A stretch of 64,000 nt of DNA from an uncultured Clostridia bacterium (GTDB lineage Bacteria > Bacillota > Clostridia > Christensenellales > Borkfalkiaceae). Location: contig CANRHB010000001.1 of assembly GCA_947630325.1 (NCBI GenBank), positions 93,579-157,578 of the forward strand, given 5' to 3'. The notes under the pieces were generated by a model. It searched no databases. It worked only from the letters and a program-made list of their open reading frames with translations, and was not told the origin of the DNA. This document shows, piece after piece, positions 53,818 through 62,510 of the stretch (position 1 is its first letter; every line of letters begins with the position of its first letter). A program made the position numbers and the translations under genes.

Positions 53818-54846
53818 TCAGAACAAGAACGAAAAGTCTTTTTCTCCCGTAATTTGGTAGATGACCGTATTTTTATCGCCCTCGATGAGGAATTTGTCTG
53901 CGGACAGAATGAGAAGGTCTCCGCCCGCACTCTTCAAAATATAGCGGGGCGCGTTTTCGAGCAAACCGTCGTAAACCCGGAATTCGAATTCGCCCAATCC
54001 TTGATACTCGCCGATCTTCTCGCTCTCCTCCGCATAGGTGAAGATCTCATAGGGATCGTCGTCGGTATAAGTGATGAACGCGTGGCAATTCACTTCGGGG
54101 GCAGTCAATTCAAAAAGTTCGCCGTCGAAGCGATAATATTGCCCGCCGATCAAAACGGTACCGTTGGAAATCGTGACCGAATAGGTCTCTTCCGCCGTCA
54201 TAAAATCGTATCGCACATATCCGCCACCCTCTATTTGCCCCTCGCTTTGCGAAATGGAATGGAGGGGCGACGAGAAAAGACGATAGGCGTTTGCAAGATC
54301 GGTTTGGTCCGTCGAGTAGGAAATATTTTTCAAATTTTGGTAAGGCGCAACTCCGATGAAGGCCTGCTCATAGCGGACCTTGGCAATATCCCCCTCTTTG
54401 AGTTCCTCCATCCACGGATAGAGATTACTCAATACCGTCTGTTGAGGCAAGTTAAGATCGGGAACGGCGGCATCGAACTTCAGCAAATCGACAATGAGGC
54501 GATCGTAAGTCGGAAGGGAGGGATCGGAGGCGACATCCGTCTCAAACCTCACGATAAACGCGAAGCCGTCCGCAACGTCGAACTGAAAGAGGATCACACC
54601 CGAACCGATGTCCCTCTGCGGCTTGCCGAGTTTTTCGATGACTTCGTTTAGTCTCATCCCGACGGTAATTTCTTGGCATTGTTCGCGGGTCGGAAGAGCT
54701 TCTTTGTTCACCTCAAACCAGGTGTAGGGGTCGTTTTTGTCGATCCCCTCTGCCGTAAGATCGGCATTCGCGTTACACCCCGCAAAGGACAAAATGAGCG
54801 AACCGCCGAGCAAGAGCGAAAGCATTACGGTAATAACCTTTTTCAC
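53818..54846 (-). CDS. hypothetical lipoprotein
   Basis: Signal peptide with lipobox LSFAGC; no other motif recognised. Confidence 0.7.
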   Translation of the reverse strand: MKKVITVMLSLLLGGSLILSFAGCNANADLTAEGIDKNDPYTWFEVNKEALPTREQCQEITVGMRLNEVIEKLGKPQRDIGSGVILFQFDVADGFAFIVRFETDVASDPSLPTYDRLIVDLLKFDAAVPDLNLPQQTVLSNLYPWMEELKEGDIAKVRYEQAFIGVAPYQNLKNISYSTDQTDLANAYRLFSSPLHSISQSEGQIEGGGYVRYDFMTAEETYSVTISNGTVLIGGQYYRFDGELFELTAPEVNCHAFITYTDDDPYEIFTYAEESEKIGEYQGLGEFEFRVYDGLLENAPRYILKSAGGDLLILSADKFLIEGDKNTVIYQITGEKDFSFLF

Positions 54847-54961
54847 GAGCGTTCTCCCTTACGAAAAATTTATCCTATTTCATTATACCACAAAAACGGC
54901 TCTCCCGCAAGAACTTTGCAATAATCATTTGAGATTTTCCAAGCGTCAATGGCCTTATAGA

Positions 54962-54994
54962 TTTTGTGTACTATGTCACGCATAGTACACAAAA
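54962..54994. repeat. AT-rich palindrome, longest copy (perfect 14+14)
   Basis: TTTTGTGTACTATG-TCACG-CATAGTACACAAAA, 13 nt after the MATE stop. Confidence 0.9.
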
Positions 54995-55006
54995 TAGCGG
55001 ATCATA

Positions 55007-56425
55007 TCACGCAACTTCCGACGTCTCTTCTTCCGCCTTTACGGAAAGAGCATTCGCAGAAAGACGGCGCCACAGCCATATCATCACGGGTGCCGTAAGG
55101 AGCAGTGCGACTGCATCGGCAAGCGGAGCCGCCCACGCCACTCCCATTACTCCAAGCCCAAGCGGAAGAAGAAAAGCAAATACGATCAAAAGAATGTCCC
55201 TCAAGAAGGAGAGCGGAGCCGAAAGTTTGGCAAGCCCCATGGACTGCAAAAAGATGGCGCATACCTTTTGCAAACATCCGAACGTAATGAACATGAGATA
55301 AATCCTCAAACAGGGAATGGCGAATTCCCGATATAGAGCGGTGAATTCCCCCTCCCCTGCCGTTCCGCCGAACATGGCGATGAACATTTGCGGAACAGCT
55401 TCGAAAAAGAGCGTGAACAAAAGGCACAATCCGCCCGTCCAAAGCAGGACGAGCATAAGCAACCTTTTTACGCGCTCATACTTTTTCGCACCGTAATTAT
55501 ACCCCACGATCGGTTGCGCGCCCATGGCGATCCCGAACGCAACATTGAGCACGATTTGAAAAAGTTTCATGATGACGACAAAAGCCGCAAGCGCGACGTC
55601 TCCTCCATACTGTGCGTTCCATGCGTAACCGTACTTGACAAACAGCACGTTGTTGACAACAGTCGTCGCTACGATACAAAGTTGGGTGAATAAACTCGAC
55701 AGCCCGAGACGGCAAATATTTCCGAGCACTTTGAAGTCGGGTACAAAACTTCCAAGGGACAGTTTGAACGTCTTGCTCCGCCAAAGATAAGCCACACAGA
55801 TCACGAACGAGACGAACTGCCCCGAAATAGTCGCCCACGCCGCTCCCGCGATCCCAAGATGCAGACAGTAGATCGCAATCGGGTCCCCGATGATATTGAG
55901 CACTGCGCCCACGATCATCGCAATCATTGCATACCTCGGCGCTCCGTCCGCGCGGATGATCGCGGCAAGACAGTTTTGCACAAGCGCAAGCGGGATCATG
56001 GCGTAAATGATCATCCCGTACTCATGTGCGAGCGGGAGGTTTGCTTCCGTTCCGCCGAGGAGCGACAAAAGTTCGTCTCCCCAAAGATAGGCGATAAGGA
56101 TGAGAAGCGCGCCCGTTACAAACGAACCGAGCATCGCATTTCCCACACTCTTGTGGATCTTTTTCGTCTCGTTCTTGCCGAGTGCAATGGAGAGAAACGC
56201 CGCCGCGCCGTCGCCGAAAAACAGGGAGAGCCCCCATCCGACAACGGTTATCGGGAATATGACCCCTGTTGCCGCATTGGCAAGCGGCCCCACTCCGTGC
56301 CCCACAAAGATTTGATCTACAATATTGTAGAGGCAGGAAATGATGAGGGAAAGAATGCAGGGAACGGCAAACTTCAAGAGCAGTTTTCCGACGCGTTCCT
56401 CGCCGAGATAGGTGCTTTCATTCAT
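55007..56425 (-). CDS. MATE family efflux transporter
   Basis: 12 TM; KLLLKFAVPCILSLIISCLYNIVDQIFVG N-terminal MatE signature; ATG 56425 after GGAAGGAG RBS. Confidence 0.9.
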   Translation of the reverse strand: MNESTYLGEERVGKLLLKFAVPCILSLIISCLYNIVDQIFVGHGVGPLANAATGVIFPITVVGWGLSLFFGDGAAAFLSIALGKNETKKIHKSVGNAMLGSFVTGALLILIAYLWGDELLSLLGGTEANLPLAHEYGMIIYAMIPLALVQNCLAAIIRADGAPRYAMIAMIVGAVLNIIGDPIAIYCLHLGIAGAAWATISGQFVSFVICVAYLWRSKTFKLSLGSFVPDFKVLGNICRLGLSSLFTQLCIVATTVVNNVLFVKYGYAWNAQYGGDVALAAFVVIMKLFQIVLNVAFGIAMGAQPIVGYNYGAKKYERVKRLLMLVLLWTGGLCLLFTLFFEAVPQMFIAMFGGTAGEGEFTALYREFAIPCLRIYLMFITFGCLQKVCAIFLQSMGLAKLSAPLSFLRDILLIVFAFLLPLGLGVMGVAWAAPLADAVALLLTAPVMIWLWRRLSANALSVKAEEETSEVA

Positions 56426-56443
56426 AAAATTCTCCTTCCGACA

Positions 56444-56474
56444 CAAAAAAAGGGCACATGGAAAGTATGTGCCG
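56444..56474 (-). terminator. terminator-like hairpin in the MATE 5' leader (attenuator candidate)
   Basis: Minus strand GGCACAT-7nt-ATGTGCC then C+T7, ending about 10 nt before the RBS. Confidence 0.55.
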
Positions 56475-56572
56475 AAAGAACTTTGACACACCCGCCCCAG
56501 CTGTACCGTAATCAGATTTACGCGCTTTCAAGCGCAACGTGTGTCGTTTCTATGAATTTGAAATACTTAATG

Positions 56573-56601
56573 ATTGTATCAAAAATCTACCGAAAAGTCA
56601 A
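56573..56601 (-). promoter_or_regulatory. MATE promoter TTGACT-17-TACAAT with TG extension
   Basis: Minus-strand hexamers 56601-56596 and 56578-56573; predicts a ~140-nt leader. Confidence 0.6.
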
Positions 56602-56693
56602 TCTTTTCCCCGTTTGAAAAACACGACATTTTTTGTCCTCTTTTTTCATACCGCCCCGCGCAAAAATTTCGCGCGGGGCGGTAAAACGATTTT

Positions 56694-57266
56694 TTACTTC
56701 TTCATGAGCGGGGCGCCGCTTTGCCATGCCTGCCCCACCTTTTCGCCGATGGCATAATAGCCGCTCTGCATCTGGTCGAACACGAACGCATTGAGCTTTT
56801 TGGGGTCAACTTTGCCCTTTTCGTTGAGCGCCTTCTCGTCCGCCAAAACATTTACGATCTCGCCGATGACGCGGAAGCCCGACTTCTCCTCCCCCATCTG
56901 CACGACCTTGCATTCCAAGGTCAGCGGGAACTCCTCGATGACGGGCGCGTCCACAAACGCGCTCTTTATCGCGGTAAGCCCCGTCCGCTCGAACTTATCC
57001 TCCATCTTATTGCCCGTGGCGATGCCGAAGAAGTCCGCCTCGGCGATGTGCGGAACGTCCGCAACAGAGAGGGTGAAGGCTCCCCTCTTCTTCAAGTTCT
57101 CGGTCGTCTTGTGGTCCTCGCTGATGTTGAGCGCCACCATGTTCTCGGAGCAAATCCCGCCCCAGGCCATGTTCATCACGTCCACCTTCTCCCCGTCGCC
57201 GTAAGTTGCAATGAGCAGTACGGGCATGGGGAACACATACGGTTTCACACCTAAATTCTTTAACAT
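56694..57266 (-). CDS. flavin reductase-like (flavoredoxin) protein
   Basis: PMPVLLIATYGDGEKVDVMNMAWGG FMN-binding split-barrel signature; ATG 57266 after GGAGG. Confidence 0.8.
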   Translation of the reverse strand: MLKNLGVKPYVFPMPVLLIATYGDGEKVDVMNMAWGGICSENMVALNISEDHKTTENLKKRGAFTLSVADVPHIAEADFFGIATGNKMEDKFERTGLTAIKSAFVDAPVIEEFPLTLECKVVQMGEEKSGFRVIGEIVNVLADEKALNEKGKVDPKKLNAFVFDQMQSGYYAIGEKVGQAWQSGAPLMKK

Positions 57267-57390
57267 TTTTTTCCTCCAAATTCTTTTTCGGTATTGTACC
57301 ACTCCTACAAGAAAATGTCAAGCGTCTCCCCGAAAAAGACGATTCGCCCCCGCGCTCAAAATGCACGGGGGCGATGAATTTCAACGATCG

Positions 57391-58797
57391 TTACTTGTTC
57401 TTTTTGCCGATGAGCCGCCGCACAAAGTCGGGAAGCTGTTGGTCGTGGGAGACGCGTTCCACGGGCTCCTCGGGCTGAGGGGCGGGCTGTTGCGGTTGCT
57501 GGGGCGCAGGCTGTTGATAACCAGGCTGTGCGCCGTAATTCTGCTCATAGCCGTAAGGGGGCTGGGGAGCCGCAGGCTGCTGGGGCGCAGGTTGCTGATA
57601 GCCGTAAGGGTTATACGTTCCGCGGGGCGGGACGGCGGGCTGTGCAGGCTGGGTAGGCTGCTGGGGAGCCGCGGGGCGCACGGGTTGGGGTGCGGGAGCC
57701 GCAGGCTGGGCGGGTCTCTGTGCAGGTTGTCCTGCCTGAGGACGCTGATAGGTCTGCGTGCGGGTGTCGGGATGATTGCCCGCCGCGGGGAAGCCCGTTG
57801 CGATGACGGTGACCTCCACCTCGTCGCTGATATTCTCGTCGATGCACGCGCCGAAGATGATATTCGCGGAGTAGTCCACCACGCTGTGGATGAGCGAAGC
57901 CGCAAGTTTCACCTCGTCGAAGGTAAGGTCGTTGCCGCCGACGACGTTCAAAATGACGCCCGTCGCGCCCTCGATGGTCGTTTCGAGAAGCGGGCAGTTG
58001 ACCGCAAGGCGCACCGCCTCCACGATCCTGTTCTCTCCTTTCGCAACGCCCACGCCCATGTGCGCGAGACCCTTGTCCTTCAAGATCGTCTTGACGTCCG
58101 CAAAGTCGAGGTTGATGAGGGCGGGCGTGACGATGAGGTCGGCAATGCCGCGGATGCCCTGCTTCAACACTTCGTCGGCAACGCGGAGCGCCTCGCTCAT
58201 GGGAGCGTTCTTGGGCACAACGTCGCTGATCTTTTCGTTGGGAATGATGATGAGGGTATCGACGTACTTTTTGAGGTTGTCGAGCCCCTTCATCGTGTTG
58301 TCCATTCTGCGCTTTCCCTCAAAGGAGAAGGGCTCTGTGACAACGGCGACGGTAAGGATCTTCATATCCTTCGCCATCTTTGCGATGACGGGAGCCGCGC
58401 CCGTACCCGTTCCTCCGCCCATACCTGCGGTGATGAACAGAAGGTCGGTCTTTTCGATGGCACGGACGAGGTCGTCCTTATTTTCCTCGGCGGCGGCTCT
58501 GCCGATCTCGGGATCCGCGCCTGCGCCGAGGCCCTTGGTGAGGTGCGCGCCGATCTGGATCTTTCTCTCCGCCTTACTGCAAGCGAGGATCTGCGCGTCG
58601 GTGTTGACGGCAATATACTCCGCGCTCGTGATGCCGGCGTCGATCATGCGGTTGACGGCATTGTTGCCCGCGCCGCCCACGCCGATGACTTTAATGCGCG
58701 CTCTGCCCGTGTATTCGGGCTCGAGGGGCGCGGCAGGGGCGTAACTTTCTTGGGGCTGATTATCTTTTCCCACGAAAGGGATATTGTCGTTGTACAT
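57391..58797 (-). CDS. ftsZ: cell division protein FtsZ with long P/Q-rich linker
   Basis: GVGGAGNNAVNRM, GGGTGTGAAPVIA; C-terminal LPDFVRRL peptide. Confidence 0.95.
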   Translation of the reverse strand: MYNDNIPFVGKDNQPQESYAPAAPLEPEYTGRARIKVIGVGGAGNNAVNRMIDAGITSAEYIAVNTDAQILACSKAERKIQIGAHLTKGLGAGADPEIGRAAAEENKDDLVRAIEKTDLLFITAGMGGGTGTGAAPVIAKMAKDMKILTVAVVTEPFSFEGKRRMDNTMKGLDNLKKYVDTLIIIPNEKISDVVPKNAPMSEALRVADEVLKQGIRGIADLIVTPALINLDFADVKTILKDKGLAHMGVGVAKGENRIVEAVRLAVNCPLLETTIEGATGVILNVVGGNDLTFDEVKLAASLIHSVVDYSANIIFGACIDENISDEVEVTVIATGFPAAGNHPDTRTQTYQRPQAGQPAQRPAQPAAPAPQPVRPAAPQQPTQPAQPAVPPRGTYNPYGYQQPAPQQPAAPQPPYGYEQNYGAQPGYQQPAPQQPQQPAPQPEEPVERVSHDQQLPDFVRRLIGKKNK

Positions 58798-58800
58798 TGT

Positions 58801-59952
58801 TTAACCTCCGAATATGTTTAGAAATCTGAATAATTTTCCGTTCTTACTGTTGTCTTTATAGGCCATGTCCGTAAGCGCGATGCGCGAACTCATGGACGGC
58901 TTGTTGTAATAGGGCAGATCGGGCGCAAGCTGTTCGCAAACACAGCCGAGCCTGCGCGAAAGATGTTCGAGCGCGCCGCGGATGCCGTCGAGCCCCTCGC
59001 CCGTCACATAGAGCGGTTTGCTGTCGAGCTCCTTTCCCGAGCACTCTTCGAGGAAACCGCTAACCTTCTCGCAGAGATCGTCCAACCCCGCTTTGACCTC
59101 TTCCACAAAATCGTCTGCGGGGATGTCGTAAGTTTGTCCGCGGAAGTTGAATTCCCTGCTCTTCGCCTCCCGTTTCAAGTAGAGGTTGGAGCGGGTGAGC
59201 AGTTGCACCGCGCCTTCATAGGGAAGCCCGAATTTCTGCATGAGACGGACGGCGATCTGTCCCTGCCCCACCCAATAGGTCTTTTGGGCGAGAATGCCGC
59301 CGCCGAGAAGGAGGCACACCGTGGACGAGAGATACCCCACGTCGAGGAAGAGCGCATATTCGTCCCGCGTTTCGTCGGGGATGAGATAGCACGCCGTCGC
59401 AAGCTGGGTAGGCAGAAATTTGAGTTCGAGTTTCATGTCCGAAAAGATCTTTTCGAACGTGGAAGCAAAATATTCGGAGCAGTAGAAATAGGAGAGCACC
59501 CCCGAAAGCCCCGTGGAATAGAGCCCCGTGGGGTCGGCAACGCGGCGGTTGTCCGCCGTCGTGTAGATCATGCTCGCCACGCGGATATTGCGGTAGCCCT
59601 CCATTTCCCGTCTGCCGCTGTCGAAGAGGGTCTCCTTTTCGCGCGCGCCGATCTTGAGGCGTTTGGGGAAGCCCACGACCTGCTCTTTGGGAACGACGAG
59701 GGTAAATTCCCCGGGAACGCCGATATAGAGCGTGCGGAATCTTTGCCCGCAGATCTGTTCCACCGCGTCGAGCGCACCCGTCACGGCGGCGGCAAGTTCT
59801 TCGGTGTCATAAAACTCGCCGTCCTGATAGCCGCCGTAAGATTCGGTTTTGCTGGCCTTAAAGACAAAAGTGTTGTTCACTCCCCTTTCGCCTACAAAAA
59901 CCGCGATCTCCGAAGAACGGATGTCGAGGACAGCCACGCTCTTGTTCGCCAT
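58801..59952 (-). CDS. ftsA: FtsA-like cell division protein (divergent)
   Basis: Actin-fold N-terminus VAVLDIRSSEIAVFVGE, C-terminal amphipathic GKLFRFLNIFGG, position directly upstream of ftsZ. Confidence 0.75.
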   Translation of the reverse strand: MANKSVAVLDIRSSEIAVFVGERGVNNTFVFKASKTESYGGYQDGEFYDTEELAAAVTGALDAVEQICGQRFRTLYIGVPGEFTLVVPKEQVVGFPKRLKIGAREKETLFDSGRREMEGYRNIRVASMIYTTADNRRVADPTGLYSTGLSGVLSYFYCSEYFASTFEKIFSDMKLELKFLPTQLATACYLIPDETRDEYALFLDVGYLSSTVCLLLGGGILAQKTYWVGQGQIAVRLMQKFGLPYEGAVQLLTRSNLYLKREAKSREFNFRGQTYDIPADDFVEEVKAGLDDLCEKVSGFLEECSGKELDSKPLYVTGEGLDGIRGALEHLSRRLGCVCEQLAPDLPYYNKPSMSSRIALTDMAYKDNSKNGKLFRFLNIFGG

Positions 59953-59981
59953 TCTTCCTTCCCCTTGTATATTCTTACATT

Positions 59982-60010
59982 ATTATATCAAAATGCCTTA
60001 TGCGTGTCAA
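59982..60010 (-). promoter_or_regulatory. ftsA-ftsZ promoter TTGACA-17-TATAAT with TG extension
   Basis: Minus-strand hexamers 60010-60005 and 59987-59982. Confidence 0.7.
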
Positions 60011-60086
60011 GGGAATATTCCCATTTTTTTGGCGCATGTTTGCACATTTTGCGCTTCTTGAACGTTCCTACCCCCATATAGGGCGC

Positions 60087-60119
60087 GAAAAAACCGCCGA
60101 AGATCTCGCCTCGGCGGTA
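60087..60119 (-). terminator. terminator after the methyltransferase-STAS gene
   Basis: ACCGCCGA-10nt-TCGGCGGT then TTTTTT on the minus strand. Confidence 0.75.
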
Positions 60120-60190
60120 AAACTGCGTCCTTATAAGAGCGTTTTGAAAAATCGGGGACCGATGATTTCCGGTCGGCGAAAAGGTAAGAT

Positions 60191-61396
60191 TTACGAGATC
60201 ATATCGGCAAAGCCCGTCTGTTCGAAGATCGCCGCGACCGTCTCGTTCTGTCCCTTAACGGAGAGATTGCCCTCCCCGACCTCCTTGATCATCAAAAGCA
60301 GAACGCGCAGTCCCGCGGAGGAGATATAGTCGAGCGCGGAAGCGTCAACGACGATCTTGGAAGGCTTCTCCCCGGCCGCCTTTTTGTAGACTTCCAGAAG
60401 TTCGGGCGCGGTGATCGAGTCGAGCCTGCCGCGCAACTTGATGTCCATTTTGCCGCCGTGCGTTTTCACCTTCACGCCGAAGGCGTCGCTGTCGTAATTT
60501 TCCTCCGTCTCCTTGTAGTTCTCGTCGGGGGTCATCACCCAGATGTGCACCTTCTCGAGCGACTTGATGAAATCGGCTTTCACTTGGTCGGAGTAGCCGT
60601 CGAGGCTGTGTACTCCCGTCGCGTATTCGGACATGGGCACGAGTTCCCACTTCAAGCCGACCGAGCGCAGGAAGTCCGTCACCGTTTTCATGGTGTTTTC
60701 GTAATCGAACGCAAGCACGGTCATGTTCTGCACTTCGATGTTCGTGTCCGACTGCTTTTCGTATGCCTTCATCGTCTTTTGAAGGTTTTCATACGCCGCC
60801 GTGCCGTGAACGGCCACCAACGCCGCCATAAAGAGCGGGTTCGCGTCGGGGTCGGTGGTGACCCACTGTCCGCCGAACTCCTTGAGCAGGCGGCGGATAT
60901 TCGTGCAGAGTTCGGTCAGTTCCGAATTGTTGAAATATGTAAGCAGTCCGTCGGATAAAACGGTGATTTCCCCTTTTACCGAATTGAGCGCCGCCCGAAG
61001 GGCATGATAATTCGTCGCGTCTGCGGCATGAAATTCCTTGTCCTTGATCCCGCGCTCGGCGAAAAGTTCGCCGAAAACAGGCCCGAGCTCGTCGGTGACG
61101 ATGGGCAGGTCGCAACCGACGTAATTCATCTCCTTGCACGGCTCATTGAGCGCGCGCGGAGTATATCCGCATCCAATGTCAACGACGGCGCTGTTTTTGT
61201 ATTTCCCTACAATGTTTTTGTATTTCCCTACAATGTTGTTGATTGTACGGAAACGGGTCTCCGTCATGAGCGTCAGTTCGGGGCTCAAAGCCACCTGCTG
61301 ATCTTTCGCTCCGAGAAACTCGTCGGCGTTTATGCCGAACTTTTTCGCTAAAATCGGCGCGTCCTCGTCTCCCGCGATACACAAATGCAGCAACAT
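60191..61396 (-). CDS. class I SAM-dependent methyltransferase fused to a STAS (SpoIIAA-like) domain
   Basis: VVDIGCGYTPRAL motif I; C-terminal ...DASALDYISSAGLRVLLLM... STAS with a Ser at the SpoIIAA phospho-site position; ATG 61396 has no SD (see poly-G finding). Confidence 0.75.
   Translation of the reverse strand: MLLHLCIAGDEDAPILAKKFGINADEFLGAKDQQVALSPELTLMTETRFRTINNIVGKYKNIVGKYKNSAVVDIGCGYTPRALNEPCKEMNYVGCDLPIVTDELGPVFGELFAERGIKDKEFHAADATNYHALRAALNSVKGEITVLSDGLLTYFNNSELTELCTNIRRLLKEFGGQWVTTDPDANPLFMAALVAVHGTAAYENLQKTMKAYEKQSDTNIEVQNMTVLAFDYENTMKTVTDFLRSVGLKWELVPMSEYATGVHSLDGYSDQVKADFIKSLEKVHIWVMTPDENYKETEENYDSDAFGVKVKTHGGKMDIKLRGRLDSITAPELLEVYKKAAGEKPSKIVVDASALDYISSAGLRVLLLMIKEVGEGNLSVKGQNETVAAIFEQTGFADMIS
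61193..61234. repeat. perfect 21-bp tandem duplication inside the CDS
   Basis: GTTTTTGTATTTCCCTACAAT x2; encodes the duplicated IVGKYKN heptapeptide. Confidence 0.95.
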
Positions 61397-61451
61397 TGAT
61401 TTTGCCGTATTAAAAATCGGATTTGTTTGTTCTCTTAAGTCTTGTTTTGTA

Positions 61452-61461
61452 CCCCCCCCCC
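61452..61461 (-). repeat. homopolymer G10 (ATG + G9) after a strong RBS
   Basis: Minus strand AAAGGAGGTCCCACGTCATGGGGGGGGGT; plus strand shows 10 consecutive C. Confidence 0.95.
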
Positions 61462-61495
61462 ATGACGTGGGACCTCCTTTTTATTTGATAATTTT

Positions 61496-61524
61496 AATAT
61501 AACAAGGAAGGGAAATTCTGTCAA
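61496..61524 (-). promoter_or_regulatory. promoter TTGACA-17-TATATT for the methyltransferase-STAS unit
   Basis: Minus-strand hexamers 61524-61519 and 61501-61496. Confidence 0.6.
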
Positions 61525-61554
61525 GGAAATGAGAAGGGTTTTCCGAAAAAAAAT

Positions 61555-61604
61555 AAAAAACCCAAAACCAAATGCCAAAAAGCGGTTCGTTTTGGGTTTT
61601 TTTG
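61555..61604 (-). terminator. terminator after divIB (bidirectional geometry)
   Basis: AACCCAAAAC-20nt-GTTTTGGGTT flanked by A and T runs. Confidence 0.7.
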
Positions 61605-61655
61605 TTAAGACGCTTATTTTTCTGCCCCGATCTGCCGAAAAAACGGCGTTTTTGC

Positions 61656-62462
61656 TCAATTCTCAAAGGGAGGCTTGTCGCGGTGGTCGCTTACGGTAAA
61701 GCCGCCGTTCACCGAATCGACCACGTCGAAAAAGCCGTACAGCCGCTCGGCGTCGGGCAGTTCGCGGTACTTGAGGAGGACGGCCATCGCCTTGTCCTTG
61801 GTAAGGTGGGCGGGCGCATACACATCCACATACAGCCCCTCCCGGAAGAGGAGACGGAAGATATAATCTCCCTCGATGGCGTTCCCCGTGGGCACAAGGC
61901 GGAGAGAGGCGAGGTTTGCGCGGATGTCGTTGAGTTCGGAGGCAAACACGTTGCAGAACATGAGCGCCTCTTCGAAATATTTGCCCGTGACAGCCGTGCC
62001 CGCTTCCCCTTTCGTCAGCGCGAACCCCTCGAGAAGCACGTTCCCCCCCTTGCGGCGGTTGACGTTGTCCGTCTTTTCATAGAGGTAGAGCCCCGCTTCG
62101 TCGAGCACCGCATACCTGCCGTCCTCAAATTCATAGGTGTAGGTCTCCTTGCGCTCGGTGACGGAGAGGGTAAGGGTGCGCGGAAAGTCCTTTTGGAGCG
62201 CGTCCAAACGGAAGGCGGGATATTTTTCGACGATCCCCTGCACGTCCTCGAGGTCGAGGAAGGTGGTGCTGGAGCCGACGAACTCCTCTTCAAGTTCCGC
62301 TTGCAGGGCGTAGCTGTCCGCAAGCCCCTCTTCGGAGAGGGTGGAAAAGTTCACTTTTACGTCCGTCACGGTGAACACGGCGTTGAGCGCCGCGGCGATC
62401 ACCGCAACGAGCAGAACAAGTCCGATCGCCGTCGTCAAAAGTATCTTTCCTCGTTTTTGCAT
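61656..62462 (-). CDS. divIB: cell division protein DivIB/FtsQ
   Basis: Single N-terminal TM then POTRA-like region; position between murA and ftsA. Confidence 0.8.
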   Translation of the reverse strand: MQKRGKILLTTAIGLVLLVAVIAAALNAVFTVTDVKVNFSTLSEEGLADSYALQAELEEEFVGSSTTFLDLEDVQGIVEKYPAFRLDALQKDFPRTLTLSVTERKETYTYEFEDGRYAVLDEAGLYLYEKTDNVNRRKGGNVLLEGFALTKGEAGTAVTGKYFEEALMFCNVFASELNDIRANLASLRLVPTGNAIEGDYIFRLLFREGLYVDVYAPAHLTKDKAMAVLLKYRELPDAERLYGFFDVVDSVNGGFTVSDHRDKPPFEN

Positions 62463-62510
62463 ATGTACTCCTTTTGGAAGGGGCTCTTTTTGCCCTCAGC
62501 CGCCCGAAAG

